Below, piece after piece: positions 11,201-25,300 of a stretch of DNA of 64,000 bases. This DNA is from Eledone cirrhosa (Eukaryota). The notes under the pieces are model-generated. The model saw nothing but the letters and a program-made list of their open reading frames with translations, did no database searches and was not told where the DNA came from. The stretch is taken from NCBI GenBank assembly GCA_964016885.1, contig OZ024757.1:12896001-12960000 (forward strand), read 5' to 3'. How positions within the stretch are numbered: the stretch's first letter is position 1; each line of letters opens with the position of its first letter. A program made the translations under genes and the position numbers.

Positions 11201-13889
11201 GAAAAAAAATTAATATGCGTTTTTCAAATTGCGTTTTTCGAACTTCTGATTTCGAAAACTGATTTTTTTTAGGTTTTTCGAAAAAAATTTAATCTGCAAA
11301 ATTTGAAACCAGAAAGTAGATATTTCGAAAGATTTGTAAAAGCATTAATTTTTTACGTTTTTTATTAGATTTCGAAACATGCAAAATGTAAAAAGATTAA
11401 TACAGAAACATGAAAAATGTAAAAAGATTAATACAGAAGTATATATTTCGACTATGAACTCAGATTCATTCTTTTTCGAAAAACCTAAAAAAATTGATTA
11501 TATAAAGTTTTCGAAAAACCTAAAAAAATTGATTATATAAGGTTTTCGAAAAACCTAAAAAAATCAATATTTGAAATCAGATATAAATATTTATAAAAAA
11601 ATTGATTATATAAGGTTTTCAAAAAAAATTAATATGCGTTTTTCAAATTGCGTTTTTCGAAATATTAACTTCTGATTTCGAAAACTTATTTTTTTAGGTT
11701 TTTCGAAAAAAATTTAATCTGCAAAATTTGAAACCAGAAAGTAAATATTTCGAAAGATTTGTAAAAGCATGTTTTTTTTACGTTTTCGAAACATGCAAAA
11801 AATCAGAAAAAGATTAATACAGAAGTATATATTTCGACTATGAACTCACATTCATTCTTTTTCGAAAAACCTAAAAAAATCAATATTTGAAATCAGATAT
11901 AAATATTTATAAAAAAATTGATTATATAAGGTTTTCGAAAAAAATTAATATGCGTTTTTCAAATTGCGTTTTTCGAAATATTAACTTCTGATTTCGAAAA
12001 CTTATTTTTTTAGGTTTTTCGAAAAAAATTTAATCTGCAAAATTTGAAACCAGAAAGTTTCGAAAGATTTGTAAAAGCATGTTTTTTTTACGTTTTCGAA
12101 ACATGCAAAAAATCAGAAAAAGATTAATACAGAAGTATATATTTCGACTATGAACTCACATTCATTCTTTTTCGAAAAACCTAAAAAAATTGATTATATA
12201 AGGTTTTCGAAAAACCTAAAAAAATCAATATTTGAAATCAGATATAAATATTTATAAAAAAATTGATTATATAAGGTTTTCGAAAAAAATTAATATGCGT
12301 TTTTCAAATTGCGTTTTTCGAAATATTAACTTCTGATTTCGAAAACTTATTTTTTTAGGTTTTTCGAAAAAAATTTAATCTGCAAAATTTGAAACCAGAA
12401 AGTTTCGAAAGATTTGTAAAAGCATGTTTTTTTTACGTTTTCGAAACATGCAAAAAATCAGAAAAAGATTAATACAGAAGTATATATTTCGACTATGAAC
12501 TCACATTCATTCTTTTTCGAAAAACCTAAAAAAATTGATTATATAAGGTTTTCGAAAAACCTAAAAAAATCAATATTTGAAATCAGATATAAATATTTCT
12601 AAAAGTATAAAAAAAATTGATTATATAAGGTTTTCGAAAAAAAATTAATATGCGTTTTTCAAATTGCGTTTTTCGAACTTCTGATTTCGAAAACTGATTT
12701 TTTTAGGTTTTTCGAAAAAAATTTAATCTGCAAAATTTGAAACCAGAAAGTAGATATTTCGAAAGATTTGTAAAAGCATTAATTTTTTACGTTTTTTATT
12801 AGATTTCGAAACATGCAAAATGTAAAAAGATTAATACAGAAACATGAAAAATGTAAAAAGATTAATACAGAAGTATATATTTCGACTATGAACTCAGATT
12901 CATTCTTTTTCGAAAAACCTAAAAAAATTGATTATATAAGGTTTTCGAAAAACCTAAAAAAATCAATATTTGAAATCAGATATAAATATTTATAAAAAAA
13001 TTGATTATATAAGGTTTTCAAAAAAAATTAATATGCGTTTTTCAAATTGCGTTTTTCGAAATATTAACTTCTGATTTCGAAAACTTATTTTTTTAGGTTT
13101 TTCGAAAAAAATTTAATCTGCAAAATTTGAAACCAGAAAGTAAATATTTCGAAAGATTTGTAAAAGCATGTTTTTTTTACGTTTTCGAAACATGCAAAAA
13201 ATCAGAAAAAGATTAATACAGAAGTATATATTTCGACTATGAACTCACATTCATTCTTTTTCGAAAAACCTAAAAAAATCAATATTTGAAATCAGATATA
13301 AATATTTATAAAAAAATTGATTATATAAGGTTTTCGAAAAAAATTAATATGCGTTTTTCAAATTGCGTTTTTCGAAATATTAACTTCTGATTTCGAAAAC
13401 TTATTTTTTTAGGTTTTTCGAAAAAAATTTAATCTGCAAAATTTGAAACCAGAAAGTTTCGAAAAAAAATCAGAAAAAGATTAATACAGAAGTATATATT
13501 TCGACTATGAACTCACATTCATTCTTTTTCGAAAAACCTAAAAAAATTGATTATATAAGGTTTTCGAAAAACCTAAAAATATCAATATTTGAAATCAGAT
13601 ATAAATATTTATAAAAAAATTGATTATATAAGGTTTTCGAAAAAAAATTAATATGCGTTTTTCAAATTGCGTTTTTCGAAATATTAACTTCTGATTTCGA
13701 AAACTTATTTTTTTAGGTTTTTCGAAAAAAATTTAATCTGCAAAATTTGAAACCAGTAAGTTTCGAAAGATTTGTAAAAGCATGTTTTTTTTACGTTTTC
13801 GAAACATGCAAAAAATCAGAAAAAGATTAATACAGAAGTATATATTTCGACTATGAACTCACATTCATTCTTTTTTGAAAAACCTAAAA

Positions 13890-13990
13890 AAATTGATTAT
13901 ATAAGGTTTTCGAAAAACCTAAAAAAAATCAATATTTGATTTCAAATATTGATTTTTTTAGGTTTTTCGAAAACCTTATATAATCAATTT
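13890..13990. repeat. 101-bp near-perfect palindrome, copy 2
   Basis: Same ...CAATATTTGATTTCAAATATTG... centre and arms as copy 1. Confidence 0.95.
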
Positions 13991-16900
13991 ATAAAAAAAT
14001 TGATTATATAAGGTTTTCGAAAAAAATTAATATGCGTTTTTCAAATTGCGTTTTTCGAAATATTAACTTCTGATTTTGAAAACTTATTTTTTTAGGTTTT
14101 TCGAAAAAAATTTAATCTGCAAAATTTGAAACCAGAAAGTAAATATTTCAAAAACCATTAATATTTTACGTTTTTTATTAGATAGAAAAACGTAAAAAGA
14201 TTAATGCAGAAATATATATTTCGACTATGAACTCACATTCATTCTTTTTCGAAAAACCTAAAAAAATTGATTATATAAGGTTTTCGAAAAACCTAAAAAA
14301 ATCAATATTTGAAATCAGATATAAATATTTATAAAAAAATTGATTATATAAGGTTTTCGAAAAAAAATTAATATGCGTTTTTCAAATTGCGTTTTTCGAA
14401 ATATTAACTTCTGATTTCGAAAACTGATTTTTTTAGGTTTTTCGAAAAAAATTTAATCTGCAAAATTTGAAACCAGAAAGTAGATATTTCGAAAGATTTG
14501 TAAAAGCATTAATTTTTTACGTTTTTTTTAAATTTCGAAAATGCTAACAATCAGAAAAACGTAAAAAGATTAATGCAGAAGTATATATTTCGACTATGAA
14601 CTCACATTCATTCTTTTTCGAAAAACCTAAAAAAATCAATATTTGAAATCAGATATAAATATTTCTAAAAGTATAAAAAAATTGATTATATAAAAAAATA
14701 TTGATTATATAAAAAATATTGATTATATAAAATAATTATTTTTCGAAAAAAAATTAATATGCGTTTTTCAAATTGCGTTTTTCGAAATATTAACTTCTGA
14801 TTTCGAAAACTGATTTTTTTAGGTTTTTCGAAAAAAATTTAATCTGCAAAATTTGAAACCAGAAAGTAGATATTTCGAAAGATTTGTAAAAGCATTAATT
14901 TTTTACGTTTTTTATTAGATTTCGAAACATGCAAAATGTAAAAAGATTAATACAGAAACATGAAAAATGTAAAAAGATTAATACAGAAGTATATATTTCG
15001 ACTATGAACTCAGATTCATTCTTTTTCGAAAAACCTAAAAAAATTGATTATATAAAGTTTTCGAAAAACCTAAAAAAATTGATTATATAAGGTTTTCGAA
15101 AAACCTAAAAAAATCAATATTTGAAATCAGATATAAATATTTATAAAAAAATTGATTATATAAGGTTTTCAAAAAAAATTAATATGCGTTTTTCAAATTG
15201 CGTTTTTCGAAATATTAACTTCTGATTTCGAAAACTTATTTTTTTAGGTTTTTCGAAAAAAATTTAATCTGCAAAATTTGAAACCAGAAAGTAAATATTT
15301 CGAAAGATTTGTAAAAGCATGTTTTTTTTACGTTTTCGAAACATGCAAAAAATCAGAAAAAGATTAATACAGAAGTATATATTTCGACTATGAACTCACA
15401 TTCATTCTTTTTCGAAAAACCTAAAAAAATCAATATTTGAAATCAGATATAAATATTTATAAAAAAATTGATTATATAAGGTTTTCGAAAAAAATTAATA
15501 TGCGTTTTTCAAATTGCGTTTTTCGAAATATTAACTTCTGATTTCGAAAACTTATTTTTTTAGGTTTTTCGAAAAAAATTTAATCTGCAAAATTTGAAAC
15601 CAGAAAGTTTCGAAAGATTTGTAAAAGCATGTTTTTTTTACGTTTTCGAAACATGCAAAAAATCAGAAAAAGATTAATACAGAAGTATATATTTCGACTA
15701 TGAACTCACATTCATTCTTTTTCGAAAAACCTAAAAAAATTGATTATATAAGGTTTTCGAAAAACCTAAAAAAATCAATATTTGAAATCAGATATAAATA
15801 TTTATAAAAAAATTGATTATATAAGGTTTTCGAAAAAAATTAATATGCGTTTTTCAAATTGCGTTTTTCGAAATATTAACTTCTGATTTCGAAAACTTAT
15901 TTTTTTAGGTTTTTCGAAAAAAATTTAATCTGCAAAATTTGAAACCAGAAAGTTTCGAAAGATTTGTAAAAGCATGTTTTTTTTACGTTTTCGAAACATG
16001 CAAAAAATCAGAAAAAGATTAATACAGAAGTATATATTTCGACTATGAACTCACATTCATTCTTTTTCGAAAAACCTAAAAAAATTGATTATATAAGGTT
16101 TTCGAAAAACCTAAAAAAATCAATATTTGAAATCAGATATAAATATTTCTAAAAGTATAAAAAAAATTGATTATATAAGGTTTTCGAAAAAAAATTAATA
16201 TGCGTTTTTCAAATTGCGTTTTTCGAACTTCTGATTTCGAAAACTGATTTTTTTAGGTTTTTCGAAAAAAATTTAATCTGCAAAATTTGAAACCAGAAAG
16301 TAGATATTTCGAAAGATTTGTAAAAGCATTAATTTTTTACGTTTTTTATTAGATTTCGAAACATGCAAAATGTAAAAAGATTAATACAGAAACATGAAAA
16401 ATGTAAAAAGATTAATACAGAAGTATATATTTCGACTATGAACTCAGATTCATTCTTTTTCGAAAAACCTAAAAAAATTGATTATATAAGGTTTTCGAAA
16501 AACCTAAAAAAATCAATATTTGAAATCAGATATAAATATTTATAAAAAAATTGATTATATAAGGTTTTCAAAAAAAATTAATATGCGTTTTTCAAATTGC
16601 GTTTTTCGAAATATTAACTTCTGATTTCGAAAACTTATTTTTTTAGGTTTTTCGAAAAAAATTTAATCTGCAAAATTTGAAACCAGAAAGTAAATATTTC
16701 GAAAGATTTGTAAAAGCATGTTTTTTTTACGTTTTCGAAACATGCAAAAAATCAGAAAAAGATTAATACAGAAGTATATATTTCGACTATGAACTCACAT
16801 TCATTCTTTTTCGAAAAACCTAAAAAAATCAATATTTGAAATCAGATATAAATATTTATAAAAAAATTGATTATATAAGGTTTTCGAAAAAAATTAATAT

Positions 16901-17439
16901 GCGTTTTTCAAATTGCGTTTTTCGAAATATTAACTTCTGATTTCGAAAACTTATTTTTTTAGGTTTTTCGAAAAAAATTTAATCTGCAAAATTTGAAACC
17001 AGAAAGTTTCGAAAAAAAATCAGAAAAAGATTAATACAGAAGTATATATTTCGACTATGAACTCACATTCATTCTTTTTCGAAAAACCTAAAAAAATTGA
17101 TTATATAAGGTTTTCGAAAAACCTAAAAATATCAATATTTGAAATCAGATATAAATATTTATAAAAAAATTGATTATATAAGGTTTTCGAAAAAAAATTA
17201 ATATGCGTTTTTCAAATTGCGTTTTTCGAAATATTAACTTCTGATTTCGAAAACTTATTTTTTTAGGTTTTTCGAAAAAAATTTAATCTGCAAAATTTGA
17301 AACCAGTAAGTTTCGAAAGATTTGTAAAAGCATGTTTTTTTTACGTTTTCGAAACATGCAAAAAATCAGAAAAAGATTAATACAGAAGTATATATTTCGA
17401 CTATGAACTCACATTCATTCTTTTTTGAAAAACCTAAAA

Positions 17440-17540
17440 AAATTGATTATATAAGGTTTTCGAAAAACCTAAAAAAAATCAATATTTGATTTCAAATATT
17501 GATTTTTTTAGGTTTTTCGAAAACCTTATATAATCAATTT
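17440..17540. repeat. 101-bp near-perfect palindrome, copy 3
   Basis: Same sequence as copy 2, 3550 bp downstream. Confidence 0.95.
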
Positions 17541-18114
17541 ATAAAAAAATTGATTATATAAGGTTTTCGAAAAAAATTAATATGCGTTTTTCAAATTGCG
17601 TTTTTCGAAATATTAACTTCTGATTTTGAAAACTTATTTTTTTAGGTTTTTCGAAAAAAATTTAATCTGCAAAATTTGAAACCAGAAAGTAAATATTTCA
17701 AAAACCATTAATATTTTACGTTTTTTATTAGATAGAAAAACGTAAAAAGATTAATGCAGAAATATATATTTCGACTATGAACTCACATTCATTCTTTTTC
17801 GAAAAACCTAAAAAAATTGATTATATAAGGTTTTCGAAAAACCTAAAAAAATCAATATTTGAAATCAGATATAAATATTTATAAAAAAATTGATTATATA
17901 AGGTTTTCGAAAAAAAATTAATATGCGTTTTTCAAATTGCGTTTTTCGAAATATTAACTTCTGATTTCGAAAACTGATTTTTTTAGGTTTTTCGAAAAAA
18001 ATTTAATCTGCAAAATTTGAAACCAGAAAGTAGATATTTCGAAAGATTTGTAAAAGCATTAATTTTTTACGTTTTTTTTAAATTTCGAAAATGCTAACAA
18101 TCAGAAAAACGTAA

Positions 18115-21100
18115 AAAGATTAATGCAGAAGTATATATTTCGACTATGAACTCACATTCATTCTTTTTCGAAAAACCTAAAAAAATCAATATTTGAAATC
18201 AGATATAAATATTTCTAAAAGTATAAAAAAATTGATTATATAAAAAAATATTGATTATATAAAAAATATTGATTATATAAAATAATTATTTTTCGAAAAA
18301 AAATTAATATGCGTTTTTCAAATTGCGTTTTTCGAAATATTAACTTCTGATTTCGAAAACTGATTTTTTTAGGTTTTTCGAAAAAAATTTAATCTGCAAA
18401 ATTTGAAACCAGACAGTAGATATTTCGAAAGATTTGTAAAAGCATTAATTTTTTACGTTTTTTTTAGATTTCGAAACATGCAAAATGTAAAAAGATTAAT
18501 ACAGAAACATGAAAAATGTAAAAAGATTAATACAGAAGTATATATTTCGACTATGAACTCAGATTCATTCTTTTTCGAAAAACCTAAAAAAATCAATATT
18601 TGAAATCAGATATAAATATTTCTAAAAGTATAAAAAAATTGATTATATAAAAAAATATTGATTATATAAAAAATATTGATTATATAAAAAAATTATTTTT
18701 CGAAAAAAAATTAATATGCGTTTTTCAAATTGCGTTTTTCGAAATATTAACTTCTGATTTCGAAAACTGATTTTTTTAGGTTTTTCGAAAAAAATTTAAT
18801 CTGCAAAATTTGAAACCAGAAAGTAGATATTTCGAAAGATTTGTAAAAGCATTAATTTTTTACGTTTTTTTTAGATTTCGAAACATGCAAAATGTAAAAA
18901 GATTAATACAGAAACATGAAAAATGTAAAAAGATTAATACAGAAGTATATATTTCGACTATGAACTCAGATTCATTCTTTTTCGAAAAACCTAAAAAAAT
19001 TGATTATATAAGGTTTTCGAAAAACCTAAAAAAATCAATATTTGAAATCAGATATAAATATTTCTAAAAGTATAAAAAAATTGATTATATAAGGTTTTCG
19101 AAAAAAAATTAATATGCGTTTTTCAAATTGCGTTTTTCGAACTTCTGATTTCGAAAACTGATTTTTTTAGGTTTTTTGAAAAAAATTTAATCTGCAAAAT
19201 TTGAAACCAGAAAGTAAATATTTCGAAAGATTTGTAAAAGCATGTTTTTTTTACGTTTTCGAAACATGCAAAAAATCAGAAAAAGATTAATACAGAAGTA
19301 TATATTTCGACTATGAACTCACATTCATTCTTTTTCGAAAAACCTAAAAAAATTGATTATATAAGGTTTTCGAAAAACCTAAAAAAATCAATATTTGAAA
19401 TCAGATATAAATATTTCTAAAAGTATAAAAAAATTGATTATATAAAAAAATATTGATTATATAAAAAATATTGATTATATAAAAAAATTATTTTTCGAAA
19501 CAAAATTAATATGCGTTTTTGAAATTGCGTTTTTCGAAATATTAACTGCTGATTTCGAAAACTGATTTTTTTAGGTTTTTCGAAAAAAATTTAATCTGCA
19601 AAACTTGAAACCAGAAAGTAGATATTTCGAAAGATTTGTAAAAGCATTAATTTTTTACGTTTTTTTTAGATTTCGAAACACGCAAAATGTAAAAAGATTA
19701 ATACAGAAACATGAAAAATGTAAAAAGATTAATACAGAAGTATATATTTCGACTATGAACTCAGATTCATTCTTTTTCGAAAAACCTAAAAAAATTGATT
19801 ATATAAGGTTTTCGAAAAACCTAAAAAAATCAATATTTGAAATCAGATATAAATATTTATAAAAAAATTGATTATATAAGGTTTTCAAAAAAAATTAATA
19901 TGCGTTTTTCAAATTGCGTTTTTCGAAATATTAACTTCTAATTTCGAAAACTGATTTTTTTAGGTTTTTCGAAAAAAATTTAATCTGCAAATTTTGAAAC
20001 CAGAAAGTAGATATTTCGAAAGATTTGTAAAAGCATTAATTTTTTACGTTTTTTTTAGATTTCGAAACATGCAAAATGTAAAAAGATTAATACAGAAACA
20101 TGAAAAATGTAAAAAGATTAATACAGAAGTATATATTTCGACTATGAACTCAGATTCATTCTTTTTCGAAAAACCTAAAAAAATCAATATTTGAAATCAG
20201 ATATAAATATTTCTAAAAGTATAAAAAAAATTGATTATATAAGGTTTTCGAAAAAAAATTAATATGCGTTTTTCAAATTGCGTTTTTCGAACTTCTGATT
20301 TCGAAAACTTATTTTTTTAGGTTTTTCGAAAAAAATTTAATCTGCAAAATTTGAAACCAGAAAGTAAATATTTCGAAAGATTTGTAAAAGCATGTTTTTT
20401 TTACGTTTTCGAAACATGCAAAAAATCAGAAAAAGATTAATACAGAAGTATATATTTCGACTATGAACTCAAATTCATTTTTGTTCGAAAAACCTAAAAA
20501 AAAATTGATTATATAAGGTTTTCGAAAAGAATTAATATACGTTTTTCAAATTGCGTTTTTCGAAATATTAACTTCTGATTTCGAAAACTTATTTTTTTAG
20601 GTTTTTCGAAAAAAATTTAATCTGCAAAATTTGAAACCAGAAAGTAGATATTTCGAAAGATTTGTAAAATCATTAATTTTTTACGTTTTTTTTTAGATTT
20701 CGAAACATGCAAAATGTAAAAAGATTAATACAGAAACATGAAAAATGTAAAAAGATTAATACAGAAGTATATATTTCGACTATGAACTCAGATTCATTCT
20801 TTTTCGAAAAACCTAAAAAAATTGATTATATAAGGTTTTCGAAAAACCTAAAAATATCAATATTTGAAATCAGATATAAATATTTATAAAAAAATTGATT
20901 ATATAAGGTTTTCGAAAAAAAATTAATATGCCTTTTTCAAATTGCGTTTTTCGAAATATTAACTTCTGATTTCGAAAACTGATTTTTTTAGGTTTTTCGA
21001 AAAAAATTTAATCTGCAAAATTTGAAACCAGAAAGTAGATATTTCGAAAGATTTGTAAAAGCATTAATTTTTTACGTTTTTTTTAGATTTCGAAAATGCT

Positions 21101-23770
21101 AACAATCAGAAAAACATAAAAAGATTAATGCAGAAGTATATATTTCGACTATGAACTCACATTCATTCTTTTTCGAAAAACCTAAAAAAATCAATATTTG
21201 AAATCAGATATAAATATTTCTAAAAGTATAAAAAAATTGATTATATAAAAAAATATTGATTATATAAAAAATATTGATTATATAAAATAATTATTTTTCG
21301 AAAAAAAATTAATATGCGTTTTTCAAATTGCGTTTTTCGAAATATTAACTTCTGATTTCGAAAACTGATTTTTTTAGGTTTTTCGAAAAAAATTTAATCT
21401 GCAAAATTTGAAACCAGACAGTAGATATTTCGAAAGATTTGTAAAAGCATTAATTTTTTACGTTTTTTTTAGATTTCGAAACATGCAAAATGTAAAAAGA
21501 TTAATACAGAAACATGAAAAATGTAAAAAGATTAATACAGAAGTATATATTTCGACTATGAACTCAGATTCATTCTTTTTCGAAAAACCTAAAAAAATCA
21601 ATATTTGAAATCAGATATAAATATTTCTAAAAGTATAAAAAAATTGATTATATAAAAAAATATTGATTATATAAAAAATATTGATTATATAAAAAAATTA
21701 TTTTTCGAAAAAAAATTAATATGCGTTTTTCAAATTGCGTTTTTCGAAATATTAACTTCTGATTTCGAAAACTGATTTTTTTAGGTTTTTCGAAAAAAAT
21801 TTAATCTGCAAAATTTGAAACCAGAAAGTAGATATTTCGAAAGATTTGTAAAAGCATTAATTTTTTACGTTTTTTTTAGATTTCGAAACATGCAAAATGT
21901 AAAAAGATTAATACAGAAACATGAAAAATGTAAAAAGATTAATACAGAAGTATATATTTCGACTATGAACTCAGATTCATTCTTTTTCGAAAAACCTAAA
22001 AAAATTGATTATATAAGGTTTTCGAAAAACCTAAAAAAATCAATATTTGAAATCAGATATAAATATTTCTAAAAGTATAAAAAAATTGATTATATAAGGT
22101 TTTCGAAAAAAAATTAATATGCGTTTTTCAAATTGCGTTTTTCGAACTTCTGATTTCGAAAACTGATTTTTTTAGGTTTTTTGAAAAAAATTTAATCTGC
22201 AAAATTTGAAACCAGAAAGTAAATATTTCGAAAGATTTGTAAAAGCATGTTTTTTTTACGTTTTCGAAACATGCAAAAAATCAGAAAAAGATTAATACAG
22301 AAGTATATATTTCGACTATGAACTCACATTCATTCTTTTTCGAAAAACCTAAAAAAATTGATTATATAAGGTTTTCGAAAAACCTAAAAAAATCAATATT
22401 TGAAATCAGATATAAATATTTCTAAAAGTATAAAAAAATTGATTATATAAAAAAATATTGATTATATAAAAAATATTGATTATATAAAAAAATTATTTTT
22501 CGAAACAAAATTAATATGCGTTTTTGAAATTGCGTTTTTCGAAAACTGATTTTTTTAGGTTTTTCGAAAAAAATTTAATCTGCAAATTTTGAAACCAGAT
22601 CTTTCGAAAGATTTGTAAAAGCATTAATTTTTTACGTTTTTTTTAGATTTCGAAACATGCAAAATGTAAAAAGATTAATACAGAAACATGAAAAATGTAA
22701 AAAGATTAATACAGAAGTATATATTTCGACTATGAACTCAGATTCATTCTTTTTCGAAAAACCTAAAAAAATCAATATTTGAAATCAGATATAAATATTT
22801 CTAAAAGTATAAAAAAAATTGATTATATAAGGTTTTCGAAAAAAAATTAATATGCGTTTTTCAAATTGCGTTTTTCGAACTTCTGATTTCGAAAACTTAT
22901 TTTTTTAGGTTTTTCGAAAAAAATTTAATCTGCAAAATTTGAAACCAGAAAGTAAATATTTCGAAAGATTTGTAAAAGCATGTTTTTTTTACGTTTTCGA
23001 AACATGCAAAAAATCAGAAAAAGATTAATACAGAAGTATATATTTCGACTATGAACTCAAATTCATTTTTGTTCGAAAAACCTAAAAAAAAATTGATTAT
23101 ATAAGGTTTTCGAAAAGAATTAATATACGTTTTTCAAATTGCGTTTTTCGAAATATTAACTTCTGATTTCGAAAACTTATTTTTTTAGGTTTTTCGAAAA
23201 AAATTTAATCTGCAAAATTTGAAACCAGAAAGTAGATATTTCGAAAGATTTGTAAAATCATTAATTTTTTACGTTTTTTTTTAGATTTCGAAACATGCAA
23301 AATGTAAAAAGATTAATACAGAAACATGAAAAATGTAAAAAGATTAATACAGAAGTATATATTTCGACTATGAACTCAGATTCATTCTTTTTCGAAAAAC
23401 CTAAAAAAATTGATTATATAAGGTTTTCGAAAAACCTAAAAATATCAATATTTGAAATCAGATATAAATATTTATAAAAAAATTGATTATATAAGGTTTT
23501 CGAAAAAAAATTAATATGCCTTTTTCAAATTGCGTTTTTCGAAATATTAACTTCTAATTTCGAAAACTGATTTTTTTAGGTTTTTCGAAAAAAATTTAAT
23601 CTGCAAAATTTGAAACCAGAAAGTAGATATTTCGAAAGATTTGTAAAAGCATTAATTTTTTACGTTTTTTTTAGATTTCGAAAATGCTAACAATCAGAAA
23701 AACATAAAAAGATTAATGCAGAAGTATATATTTCGACTATGAACTCACATTCATTCTTTTTCGAAAAACC
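18115..23770 (+). repeat. 3005-bp tandem duplication whose second copy is shortened by 417 bp
   Basis: ORFs 18403/21408 and 18810/21815 are offset by 3005, while 20707/23295 is offset by 2588. Shared markers CCAGACAG, AAATAATTAT and CGAAACAAAATT. Confidence 0.85.
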
Positions 23771-25300
23771 TAAAAAAATTGATTATATAAGGTTTTCGAA
23801 AAACCTAAAAAAATCAATATTTGAAATCAGATATAAATATTTATAAAAAAATTGATTATATAAGGTTTTCAAAAAAAATTAATATGCGTTTTTCAAATTG
23901 CGTTTTTCGAAATATTAACTTCTAATTTCGAAAACTGATTTTTTTAGGTTTTTCGAAAAAAATTTAATCTGCAAATTTTGAAACCAGAAAGTAGATATTT
24001 CGAAAGATTTGTAAAAGCATTAATTTTTTACGTTTTTTTTAGATTTCGAAACATGCAAAATGTAAAAAGATTAATACAGAAACATGAAAAATGTAAAAAG
24101 ATTAATACAGAAGTATATATTTCGACTATGAACTCAGATTCATTCTTTTTCGAAAAACCTAAAAAAATCAATATTTGAAATCAGATATAAATATTTCTAA
24201 AAGTATAAAAAAAATTGATTATATAAGGTTTTCGAAAAAAAATTAATATGCGTTTTTCAAATTGCGTTTTTCGAACTTCTGATTTCGAAAACTTATTTTT
24301 TTAGGTTTTTCGAAAAAAATTTAATCTGCAAAATTTGAAACCAGAAAGTAAATATTTCGAAAGATTTGTAAAAGCATGTTTTTTTTACGTTTTCGAAACA
24401 TGCAAAAAATCAGAAAAAGATTAATACAGAAGTATATATTTCGACTATGAACTCAAATTCATTTTTGTTCGAAAAACCTAAAAAAAAATTGATTATATAA
24501 GGTTTTCGAAAAGAATTAATATACGTTTTTCAAATTGCGTTTTTCGAAATATTAACTTCTGATTTCGAAAACTTATTTTTTTAGGTTTTTCGAAAAAAAT
24601 TTAATCTGCAAAATTTGAAACCAGAAAGTAGATATTTCGAAAGATTTGTAAAATCATTAATTTTTTACGTTTTTTTTTAGATTTCGAAACATGCAAAATG
24701 TAAAAAGATTAATACAGAAACATGAAAAATGTAAAAAGATTAATACAGAAGTATATATTTCGACTATGAACTCAGATTCATTCTTTTTCGAAAAACCTAA
24801 AAAAATTGATTATATAAGGTTTTCGAAAAACCTAAAAATATCAATATTTGAAATCAGATATAAATATTTATAAAAAAATTGATTATATAAGGTTTTCGAA
24901 AAAAAATTAATATGCCTTTTTCAAATTGCGTTTTTCGAAATATTAACTTCTGATTTCGAAAACTGATTTTTTTAGGTTTTTCGAAAAAAATTTAATCTGC
25001 AAAATTTGAAACCAGAAAGTAGATATTTCGAAAGATTTGTAAAAGCATTAATTTTTTACGTTTTTTTTAGATTTCGAAAATGCTAACAATCAGAAAAACA
25101 TAAAAAGATTAATGCAGAAGTATATATTTCGACTATGAACTCACATTCATTCTTTTTCGAAAAACCTAAAAAAATTGATTATATAAGGTTTTCGAAAAAC
25201 CTAAAAAAATCAATATTTGAAATCAGATATAAATATTTATAAAAAAATTGATTATATAAGGTTTTCAAAAAAAATTAATATGCGTTTTTCAAATTGCGTT
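22560..25300 (+). repeat. ~1.4-kb 4-monomer tandem duplication (offset 1396)
   Basis: ORFs 23295/24691 are offset by 1396. The rare monomer AACTCAAATTCATTTTTGTTCG is at ~23054 and ~24450, and AATATGCCTTTT at ~23513 and ~24909. Confidence 0.8.

Larger units (their letters stand above)
11270..18412 (+). repeat. 3550-bp 10-monomer tandem duplication, 2 copies
   Basis: Anchors 11305 to 14855 give monomers of 425, 316, 345, 348, 390, 316, 304, 379, 341 and 386 bp, summing to 3550. ORFs 12813/16363 and palindromes 13890/17440 are both 3550 apart. Confidence 0.92.
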
